A stretch of 54,160 nt of DNA from a virus (lineage: Duplodnaviria > Caudoviricetes), in the IMG/VR virus record IMGVR_UViG_3300032323_000448, positions 1-54,160 of that record. One strand, written 5' to 3'. The notes beneath the pieces were generated by a model. It was not told where the DNA came from, ran no database searches, and saw only the letters and a list, made by a program, of their open reading frames with translations. The first letter of the stretch is position 1; the number at the start of each line of letters is the position of its first letter. Made by a program: the position numbers and the translations under genes. Shown here one piece after another: positions 18,670 to 26,488 of the stretch.

Positions 18670-21600
18670 TTACCGCTTTTTCTTGATCGAGCCACCGCGC
18701 TTATTGCCAGTTTCCTTGCGAAGCTGCTCAATGTTCTCGGGGGTGGCGTTCATTTGAAGTGCCTTCCACTCTTCAAAGCTGGGAAGCTGTTTGGTAGGCA
18801 CGTTCTTGGTTTCTTGGATGTATCTGGCGTGTTCGGCGCTCTTCTCGGCAAACTCTTTGCTCAAGCTCCGCATTTTAGTTAAAGCCTCAACAGCAGCCTT
18901 TGACAAGCCACCAGCCGCTAGTTTAACTACGCCACCCTTCTTTTTACCAGTCAGCCGCTTCATGGCCTCTTCGTAGATCTTGATCTCGTCGATCATCTGC
19001 TGATCAATGATCTGGCGGGGGCCAACCATCTTCAGGGAGCCGAACTCCTGCGGGGCTTGGGCCGGGTTGGCGCGAACCGCGGCAAGAGTGTCCGGAAAAG
19101 ACAGCTCGTAGGGCATCGGGTACCGAGACTGGCCCATGAACTCGCCGGGGATGTCGTGGCTATAGGTGGGGTGCTCAGACAGCTTCAGGCCCTCTCTCGG
19201 CTTCATGCGGCCCAGGGAGAAGCCAGTAACGCCGGTCTCAAGGTCTCGCAGCGCTGGCTCGGTGATGGCAAAGCGGATGTCCTGGCCGCTGGGCAGATTG
19301 AACGCTTCGGTGACCTTGGGCTGCTGCATCAGGGCGTTGAAGTGCTTACGCAGCTCAGGATCGACCGAGAAATGCAGGTATGCGGCGCCGGTGTCTTCAA
19401 TGCCAGGGAAACTCGGGCGCGGGCCAGACTTGGGGCTACCGCGGCGAATCAGGTCGTTGAAGCCATCAATCTGAGCCTGGGTCATCTTGGACAGGTTGAT
19501 AGCCTGCAAGTTGGCATCAGCGAAGTGCTGGGCGTAGTTGATGGACTCCGGGCCCATCATGACGTACTTGCCCAGAACCGGAGCGCCGTACTGCTGGGCA
19601 ACCTCGGCGGCCAAGTTCTGCACTCGAGTGGCCGGACCGATACCAGAGGCCCAGAACTCAGGGCGCCCTAGGCCATACAGCGGGCCGCCGTGTTGCGGCG
19701 AGGCAGACTCCAGCCGAACGTCCCCGACGGCATGCAAAGCCCTGTCGGTGATGGTCGGATCGCCCGGAATGCCGATCACGACATTGCCCTTGAGCTTCTC
19801 AACATCCACAGTCTCAGGGGTCTTGACCTCCCCGCGGACATCCACGGGAAGTTCTTTCTCGCGCTCAAACTGCTTTCTGGTCTTGCCAGCAACAGTCACC
19901 GCGCTCTTGGGCTTCTCGCGCACGTACTCGCTCAGAACCTGCGGAGCCATGCGCTCGGCAATGGCCTCAATCTCCGGCTTGGTCTTGGCTGCGGCGCGGG
20001 GCAGGGGCTTGAGAGCCTCCTTGAGGGCCTTGGCAACGCCGCCGCCAGCCATCTGCTTATCCTCCAGCTCCAGACGCATTGTGTCGGGGTTGTCGGAGAT
20101 GTGAACGCGGCCACCATGAGCTTTGCCCTCAATGGGCAATCCAGTTACCGGATCTTTGCCGGTTTCTAGCCGATAAAGAGTGTCCTTCAGACTGTCAGCC
20201 TCATCTCGGGTCAGATAGTTTGGAACTTCAACTCCAGACTTCCGCAACTTTTCAGCTTGGGTTAAATCAAAAATCCCACTTGGCCCGACCGCCGGATAGT
20301 CAAACCCAGCGTTTCTTAAATCCCTTACATCTTCCCACTTGCCGCTGCGGACAAAGTCTTGCACATAAGGCAGGTACTCGGCGCTAGGAGCGGCGTTTTG
20401 CTTGCCTTTGATTTGGGAGATGCTTGGAACATCATCAACTTGAGAAACCTCAACCGTCACATGAGGCTGGCCTTTAGGATCAACCAAAGAATAAACCTTG
20501 GCCTCTCCACTCTTGATAGCTTCCCAGCCACCATGTCCATAACCAAGACTTCCTTGTCCCCCGGAGCCTTCAATCCAATCTGGATGGCCTTTGGGCGGCT
20601 CGTATCCACGCACGGAGTGGCCCATAGCCTCAGACTCGGCAGCAAAAGCGCCGGGGCGGTTCAGTTCAATCCACCGGTATCCTTCTGGATACTCTTTGTA
20701 GACAGGCAGGCCCTCTCGAGCGGCAGCGCTGGCAGCCTGCATCTTGTCAGCGAGCTCCTTGTCGTACTCAGCGGTGCGGCGAACAGCCTGCTCCATGCTG
20801 ACCTTGTTTAGTTGATCAGGGCGGATGCGGCCAGAGGCAAGGTCTTCCCGCAGCACATCAAGCATGTGATCAATGCGAAGCGCCGCGAGTGGGTTGTCAG
20901 GAACCCTGTTGGTCGAACTGAACGACTCCAGCGAATAAACCGGAGTCGATGGATCGACCTTGTCCATCCAAGGCTCATCCAATCCATACTGTTTGAGTTC
21001 GCCCACCGTCTGAGTTTTGATCGGATAGTCGGTCCTAGCTTCCCACTGAACGGCAGCAGGAGATTTTCCCATCGGCTCAGGCATCCCGGCCCGCTGTCTT
21101 TTCAAGTCAACAACCGACTTGACAATTGCATTTGGCGCTGCGGGGATAGTGTTTGCGGGAGAAAGATGAGTTGCCCCCTCTTCTGCCATCTTGCGTACCG
21201 GATCATCCGGCGTCCCCATCTCTTTTTTAATGTAGTTGGTTAGGTTGCGATCAACCCAGTTGTTGATGGCGACCTTTTGCTCAAGGTCAGAGATAACACG
21301 ATTGACATGAGCCGCAGACTCAGGAGTTTCCAGCTTCGCAATAACCTCTGGCGGGTACTGCTCCCGCATCTGCTTGAGCAAATCAGCCGGATCAGAATCA
21401 CCGCGAAAGCCCGCCCGCTTAAGGTAATCCTGAACAACCTTTTCAACGTCTCCAGCCTTCCAGTTGCCACCCCTGGTGGGTTTCACTACGCTCACCGCGG
21501 GTTGACCAGCAGCCATGACGAAGTCGCGACCAGCACGAGCCACGGCGCTAGGAATGGCGGTAACGGCGCGGATGGGCGCTCCAGGGCCGGTATAGAACCC

Positions 21601-22527
21601 GCCGCCGATCTGACCCAGGCCGGTAGCTGCACGCTCTAAGGCGCTCGGGTTCTCTTGGCGGAAGGGAATCCTCTTCTCCATATCTTCAGAGGTCGGCAGG
21701 CGCGTCTCCAGCCCCACCTCACCCTGACGGTACTTCCCAGGCGTTGCGGCTCCTGTGGCCTCGCCATAGGCCTGCACGCCGGGGGTGTTTGCCAGAAGGC
21801 GAGCAATCAACTCAGCATCCCCAGGCGCACCGGTGGCTCCAGCAGCAAAGCCGCGGGCAAGGCCTCGGAACATCGCCTCATCTGCGTTATCGGTGCGACC
21901 AGCCCGGCGGGGCTTCATCTGCGGGAAGACGCCGAACGCTGCACCGCCTTTGTCGAACTTGCGCTCCTCCAGCTCCATCCGCATGGTGTCAGGGTTGGAG
22001 GAGATGTAGACCTTGCCGCCTCTAGCCATCTCCACATCGCCCTTGATGGCAGACGCGGGAATCTCGAACTCGTACACCTCACCTTCGTCGGACAGGGAGC
22101 GGACTCGATAGCCCGGCTCGTAGGGTGTGCGCCGTGCTCTGCCGGTCTCTGGGTCGATGATGGGCCGGCCCAGGCCAGGGCCAAGAGTTGGGTGATCCTC
22201 GCGCATCACCTGATTGCCCGTGCGGGTGCGGAACAAGATTTCGTAGGGCGCTTTGTTTTTGGCTGCGCTGTCTTCAGTGAACACGCGCTGGCCCTTATCG
22301 TACTTGTAGTCGAACCCCTCCATCATCTTGCGCTTGAGCTCCGCCTCCATGCGGATGCGGTCTCCCAACGAGGTGTAGGAGTCCTGTAGGGTCGTCAGAT
22401 CCTTCTGAGCCACCACCGGCGCCTTCATGCCAGCAGACTCTGCGGCCTTGCTGATGGCCTCTTCAGCGCCCTTCTTGATAGGCTTCCTTGCTGCTTGGCC
22501 GACGGCCTTGATGAGTGGGTTGACCAT
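18670..22527 (-). CDS. Large modular (polyvalent-type) protein including a PcfJ-like domain
   Basis: 1285 aa; ESEAMGHSV...VYSLVDPKGQPHVTVEV...QIKGKQN PcfJ-like core; repeated linker modules. Confidence 0.7.
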   Translation of the reverse strand: MVNPLIKAVGQAARKPIKKGAEEAISKAAESAGMKAPVVAQKDLTTLQDSYTSLGDRIRMEAELKRKMMEGFDYKYDKGQRVFTEDSAAKNKAPYEILFRTRTGNQVMREDHPTLGPGLGRPIIDPETGRARRTPYEPGYRVRSLSDEGEVYEFEIPASAIKGDVEMARGGKVYISSNPDTMRMELEERKFDKGGAAFGVFPQMKPRRAGRTDNADEAMFRGLARGFAAGATGAPGDAELIARLLANTPGVQAYGEATGAATPGKYRQGEVGLETRLPTSEDMEKRIPFRQENPSALERAATGLGQIGGGFYTGPGAPIRAVTAIPSAVARAGRDFVMAAGQPAVSVVKPTRGGNWKAGDVEKVVQDYLKRAGFRGDSDPADLLKQMREQYPPEVIAKLETPESAAHVNRVISDLEQKVAINNWVDRNLTNYIKKEMGTPDDPVRKMAEEGATHLSPANTIPAAPNAIVKSVVDLKRQRAGMPEPMGKSPAAVQWEARTDYPIKTQTVGELKQYGLDEPWMDKVDPSTPVYSLESFSSTNRVPDNPLAALRIDHMLDVLREDLASGRIRPDQLNKVSMEQAVRRTAEYDKELADKMQAASAAAREGLPVYKEYPEGYRWIELNRPGAFAAESEAMGHSVRGYEPPKGHPDWIEGSGGQGSLGYGHGGWEAIKSGEAKVYSLVDPKGQPHVTVEVSQVDDVPSISQIKGKQNAAPSAEYLPYVQDFVRSGKWEDVRDLRNAGFDYPAVGPSGIFDLTQAEKLRKSGVEVPNYLTRDEADSLKDTLYRLETGKDPVTGLPIEGKAHGGRVHISDNPDTMRLELEDKQMAGGGVAKALKEALKPLPRAAAKTKPEIEAIAERMAPQVLSEYVREKPKSAVTVAGKTRKQFEREKELPVDVRGEVKTPETVDVEKLKGNVVIGIPGDPTITDRALHAVGDVRLESASPQHGGPLYGLGRPEFWASGIGPATRVQNLAAEVAQQYGAPVLGKYVMMGPESINYAQHFADANLQAINLSKMTQAQIDGFNDLIRRGSPKSGPRPSFPGIEDTGAAYLHFSVDPELRKHFNALMQQPKVTEAFNLPSGQDIRFAITEPALRDLETGVTGFSLGRMKPREGLKLSEHPTYSHDIPGEFMGQSRYPMPYELSFPDTLAAVRANPAQAPQEFGSLKMVGPRQIIDQQMIDEIKIYEEAMKRLTGKKKGGVVKLAAGGLSKAAVEALTKMRSLSKEFAEKSAEHARYIQETKNVPTKQLPSFEEWKALQMNATPENIEQLRKETGNKRGGSIKKKR

Positions 22528-22530
22528 CAG

Positions 22531-24756
22531 TTATTCCTCACACCAGGACAGCGGGCCTTTGGCGGGGCCGCCTTTAGCGTATGGCTCAGGCAGCAAGATG
22601 GCTGGGCGGGGCGGGCCTTCACCGCTGCGGTAGGCGTTCAGGTCTCCCTCGGGGAGAACCATGTTGTCGGTCATCTCCAACTCTCTGCGGAGCGCCTCGA
22701 TGTACTCTTCTGGAGTGCTACGGGGGAAAGGCTCACGCAGCTCGGCGCGGGGCATCAGACGGACCAGACTCGTGGGTTGACCAGACGCGGCCATGGCGCG
22801 GCTGCGGTGACGCCCCTCGTGGCCCGAGATGAACGGCAAGAGAGGCAGACCTTGCTCTTGTTTGTTGATGCCCAGGAACGGCACATCATCAAACCCGCCG
22901 CGCAGTTTTTGCAAGTACTGGATGTACTCGTCCGTCGGCAGCGAGTATTTGTCAATCTCGCCAGTCCAGGGCATCAACCCCTTTTGGTGGGGGACCATCT
23001 CCAGCGCGAACCTCTCAAAGTCCGCGGGGTTCATGGTCATCATGGCCTGGGCGTTGTCACCAAGAAAGGCCTGCCGCAGGGCTTCCTCTTGATACAGCTT
23101 CTCCAAGTCCTTCACCTCATCCGCGGCACGCTGCACGCGCTTGGCGCCGTAGTCGCCTTTGGACTGACGGGCCGCTTCCTGCACGCGGGTCACAGCGCTA
23201 GGGATGACAACCGCGGGGGCCTCGACAGCAGCCTTCTGCGCTGACCGGATGGCCTTAACCAGAGCCCCGCCACCGGAGTATTCCCGCGGGGGCTTGGTGA
23301 TCAGGTCTTCCTCGGGGATGTCGTAGCTGCTGTACGGGTACTCCTGGGCACGCTGCGCTGGCGTCATGTTGCGTCGTGCTTGAGTAGCTCGGGCCTCAGC
23401 CTCGCCAGCAAGACGCTGGTAGTACTCCTGTGCTGCTGCCTGTTGAAGCTGCCTGTCAACCTCAGGACCAACCTTGTATGAGGCCAGATATTCTTTGTAG
23501 GCTTTGTCTAGACGTTCCGGCTCTGGGACTTCCCTGCCGTAGTTGAATTTGCGGAACTCTTCCACGGTCATGGGCGTGGAAACCTCTTCACGCTTGCGCT
23601 TAAGGATCTCAAACGCCCTAGGATCGCTGAAAGCCATCGTCTTGCTGCCGCCGGGGCTCATGCCCTCAATCGTCTGTACCGCGTGCTGCATCTCGTGCAA
23701 GGAGACAGAGCGAGGATCATCCAGCATCCCAGGATGGTAGACATCCATCTCCATGTAACCTCTTGAGCCAGGAGCGGAAGATTTAGGCAAGACAGACAAA
23801 GCGCCTTTGACAGACGGAGAGCCACCATAGCCTCCAGCCGTGACTTGCAGGTTCTCTAGCTCAGGGTAGGCGCGGTAAAGCTCTGGGTGCTCAATGATGG
23901 TCTCAGCTCGCACGCCTTCGCTGGGCTTGGCCTTGTACTCCTCCAGCTCCATCTTGGCCCGGTTAATGCGTTCACGCACGCCCTTCTTGGCTTCGGTCAG
24001 TTGCTTGGGGAACAAATCCTTCTGTTTGATCGGCTTAATTTTTTGCTTGAGAACGTCAATACCGGACTCAATCACCTGGGCCGCCTCCGCACGCTCAGGG
24101 TTTGTCAGAAACCGGGAGGCCTGATCGCTGATTTCCTGGCGCTGGATACCGTCAGCACCGCGGAAGGTTCCGGTCTCGCGCCAGATCTCCACAGGATCAA
24201 CGCCGGCCTTTTCCATCCGAGCCGCCGCCTCTGCCTTGGCTTGATCCCATGTCTTGGCCTTGGGGCCGATGAACATCCGCGTGGCAGGCTGGCCCGCAGC
24301 CATCACGAAGTCCCGACCGCCTTTGACCACCGCCTGCGGGATGCCGGTAATCAGCCGCGCTGGAGAGCCAGGGCCCAAGTAAAAGCCGCCAGCAAGCTGC
24401 CCCAGGCCCGTAAAGGCCTCAGAGGTCGGCCCGGTACCCTTAAACGGCAGGCGCTTTTCAATGTCTTCAGAGGTAGCAAGAACGGGCTCGTAGCCCACGC
24501 GGTTGGCCCCGAAGATCTGGCCTAGCATCGCCATGCCCTCTTCTTTCGTCTTAGGCATGACGAACTGCTCAGGGCCTTGGATGTTCAGCAGGAGCCGGGC
24601 GATGGACTCGAGGTCCCCAGGCATCCCGGCCACGCCAGCGACAAACCCGCGGGCAACATCAATCGGGATGTTCTTGGCGGCCTCCCGGTCCTGAACCGAG
24701 CGGCGGGGTTTCATTTGGGGGAAGACCCCAAAAGCCGCAGATTGATTGTCAGCCAT
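22531..24756 (-). CDS. Large polyvalent protein: LPD23-like domain, zincin-like HExxH region, ParB/Srx-like module
   Basis: MFIGPKA...IWRETG.FRGADG..RQEISD; LHEMQHAVQ..EG; Y.RLAGEAEAR; GHEGRHR; start taken at MADNQ. Confidence 0.7.
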   Translation of the reverse strand: MADNQSAAFGVFPQMKPRRSVQDREAAKNIPIDVARGFVAGVAGMPGDLESIARLLLNIQGPEQFVMPKTKEEGMAMLGQIFGANRVGYEPVLATSEDIEKRLPFKGTGPTSEAFTGLGQLAGGFYLGPGSPARLITGIPQAVVKGGRDFVMAAGQPATRMFIGPKAKTWDQAKAEAAARMEKAGVDPVEIWRETGTFRGADGIQRQEISDQASRFLTNPERAEAAQVIESGIDVLKQKIKPIKQKDLFPKQLTEAKKGVRERINRAKMELEEYKAKPSEGVRAETIIEHPELYRAYPELENLQVTAGGYGGSPSVKGALSVLPKSSAPGSRGYMEMDVYHPGMLDDPRSVSLHEMQHAVQTIEGMSPGGSKTMAFSDPRAFEILKRKREEVSTPMTVEEFRKFNYGREVPEPERLDKAYKEYLASYKVGPEVDRQLQQAAAQEYYQRLAGEAEARATQARRNMTPAQRAQEYPYSSYDIPEEDLITKPPREYSGGGALVKAIRSAQKAAVEAPAVVIPSAVTRVQEAARQSKGDYGAKRVQRAADEVKDLEKLYQEEALRQAFLGDNAQAMMTMNPADFERFALEMVPHQKGLMPWTGEIDKYSLPTDEYIQYLQKLRGGFDDVPFLGINKQEQGLPLLPFISGHEGRHRSRAMAASGQPTSLVRLMPRAELREPFPRSTPEEYIEALRRELEMTDNMVLPEGDLNAYRSGEGPPRPAILLPEPYAKGGPAKGPLSWCEE

Positions 24757-24789
24757 AGGCGAGCCCTTTGAATGCAAGGGATTATGCCC

Positions 24790-24969
24790 TTAGTGCTTTC
24801 GCTGGTCTATCCATTCTTGCAGGGCCTCCAGGAGGGCCTCGGCTTGCCAATCAGCAATGTCCCCGGGGGCCAGAACCTCGAACCGGCCTTGGCACTGACG
24901 CACGGTTACGGCTGGCGCATCTGGGGCGGCAGTCACATCCCATAGCTCAACCAGTCCGTTCATTGGCAT
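24790..24969 (-). CDS. Hypothetical protein
   Basis: ~59-aa ORF after a GGGGG RBS-like run. Confidence 0.5.
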   Translation of the reverse strand: MPMNGLVELWDVTAAPDAPAVTVRQCQGRFEVLAPGDIADWQAEALLEALQEWIDQRKH

Positions 24970-24981
24970 AGCGCCCCCATC

Positions 24982-25025
24982 AAAGCGAACGCAGTGCGGA
25001 TGCAATGCGAACGCATAGCGATTGA
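24982..25025 (+). repeat. Four tandem 11-bp repeats (consensus AnTGCGAACGC), iteron-like
   Basis: aaagcgaacgc/agtgcggatgc/aatgcgaacgc/atagcgattga. Confidence 0.65.
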
Positions 25026-25029
25026 ACCA

Positions 25030-25307
25030 TCACGGCTGGGGACTGGTGGGCATTCCTGTATGGGCGGGCCAGTGGTATGTACCCGCTTGGACTTCCCTGA
25101 CTAGCCAATCCCCATGCGTAATAGTCCCCGTCTCTCCGGGGCGTCACGTCGTTCTATGGGCTACTGGCTCCAGACGTTCTCGTGCCGCAATTACTCACAA
25201 CCCACTTGGGCCAGACCCCGTGTACCGGCTGGACGGCAACCGCCTCAAGGGCGATTGGGGAATCTCAACAACAGTGTCGTCACGCTGGGGAATATAGCTC
25301 ACCAGCA
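25030..25307 (-). ncRNA. Putative structured RNA elements (two adjacent motifs)
   Basis: No convincing ORF; TGGGGATTGG/CCAGTCCCCA stem, CCCCG-GAGAGA-CGGGG hairpin. Confidence 0.45.
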
Positions 25308-25622
25308 TCAAAAGATCAAAGACTCTTTAACCTGCGGTTCAAGCATCTCTTGCATGGCAGCTTGAGCCGCGGCCTCCGTGTGTTCGCAGTCCTCCCAAGG
25401 CAAAACATCGCAGGCGCAACTTGGGCGGTAGGACCCCGTGATCTTGGGCTTCCTTGGCTTCATGTCCTGAGCCATCCTGCCCAGCAGGGGAATCCACTTT
25501 GAGAAGGGCGTCAGGTCTTCGACCCCCTGGATGTACCAGACCTTGCGGTCAGCATCCCACTTGGCGCCTAGCGCCTTGGCCTCATCCTTCTCAGCGTAGG
25601 GACAGTTCAGGTTGATCCTCAT
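25308..25622 (-). CDS. DUF5710-domain protein
   Basis: LNCPYAEKDEAKALGAKWDADRKVWY; C-terminal C.C....DCEH. Confidence 0.75.
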   Translation of the reverse strand: MRINLNCPYAEKDEAKALGAKWDADRKVWYIQGVEDLTPFSKWIPLLGRMAQDMKPRKPKITGSYRPSCACDVLPWEDCEHTEAAAQAAMQEMLEPQVKESLIF

Positions 25623-25653
25623 AGCCTTCCAATTGATTAGCAGATTCAGGAAA

Positions 25654-26008
25654 CTGTGGCAAAGGAATGCCTACCCGACCAAAGCCAGGAGGCACACCTT
25701 CCAACCGATCCCTTCATCGAGGTTCCCAGTGGACCAGCCCGTAGCAATGCCGGCTGGCTTGCCGAGCTTTCCCCCCATTGCGGGGTCTGCTGGGACTCGG
25801 CAACCTCGCTGGCTGGTCAGCCGGACTTGAACCGACTGGGCCATCAAGGCGTGTATGCCCCCACTGCGCCTGCATCTTCTGTGCGCTCTCGCCCCAGGTC
25901 AGAACGTTGTAGGCCCGGTGGACTGCGCCCTACGCCTTGCGGCTTCCTGCGCTTCCCTCATGCCGGCCCATAACCCGATAGACCCCTAGAGCAAGGTCGC
26001 GGCCACAA
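25654..26008 (-). ncRNA. Putative ~350-nt structured non-coding RNA
   Basis: Seven nested long-range helices, GCAA loops, T-loop-like GGTTCAAGTCC; no minus-strand ORF spans it. Confidence 0.55.
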
Positions 26009-26011
26009 AGC

Positions 26012-26160
26012 AAAAAACCCATTGGTGAACGAGCTTTGGGCTTGGTTGCCGCATACCCGTAGTGCCATACCACGTACAAGTAGCTTTGACGAAGCCCGCT
26101 CACCAATGGGTTCGCGGATGTCGCTGTAATGGAGCTACGACGGGTTACCAAGCCGTCGAT
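26012..26160 (-). ncRNA. C4-like antisense RNA/attenuator with leader target sites
   Basis: ~22-bp stem AACCCATTGGTGAGCGGGCTTC/AAAGCTCGTTCACCAATGGGTT followed by a T-run; internal segments complementary to the leader. Confidence 0.55.
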
Positions 26161-26167
26161 GAGCTGC

Positions 26168-26195
26168 ATTGTACAGAAGTCCCAGGGCGTGTCAA
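26168..26195 (-). promoter_or_regulatory. Sigma70-like promoter
   Basis: TTGACA-N16-TACAAT on the minus strand. Confidence 0.65.
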
Positions 26196-26207
26196 GGAGT
26201 GACAAAA

Positions 26208-26477
26208 CTAGTTTTGGTCAATTTTCTTGAGATCGACCAGCTTCTCACGGTTGACCAGCTCAAACCCGTGCTGTAGCAAATAGTTATCAATGACGTTGGT
26301 GCGGTCAACAGACCAGATGAACCGGGGCTTGATGTGCCAACGGAAGCGAAAGCGCCAGCCATGCACCTCGTGCAGCGATGGCGTGTACCACATCCACGAA
26401 GCGACAAACCCACCGGGGGCGCGGTACAGGTTCAGGCCGATCTTCTTAAAGTGGCCTTCTTTGGTGAAGTGAATCAT
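26208..26477 (-). CDS. Hypothetical protein
   Basis: 89 aa with AAGGAG RBS after terL. Confidence 0.6.
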   Translation of the reverse strand: MIHFTKEGHFKKIGLNLYRAPGGFVASWMWYTPSLHEVHGWRFRFRWHIKPRFIWSVDRTNVIDNYLLQHGFELVNREKLVDLKKIDQN

Positions 26478-26488
26478 CCGTCTTCTCC

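Noticed and set aside
16735-18882. 715-aa plus-strand ORF, and similar ones at 7576-8655 and 12116-12673
   Set aside because: Antisense shadows of portal, connector and MCP caused by high-GC codon bias; no recognisable motifs
24982-25025. CRISPR mini-array
   Set aside because: Contiguous 11-bp units with no spacers; better explained as iteron-like
25805-25900. tRNA or tmRNA suggested by GGTTCAAGTCC and a nearby CCA
   Set aside because: No 7-bp acceptor stem, D-arm or anticodon arm can be built; treated as a T-loop within a larger RNA
25930-26205. 91-aa minus-strand ORF across the C4-like element
   Set aside because: It starts upstream of the promoter, lacks an RBS and runs through a terminator-like stem; a short leader peptide cannot be excluded
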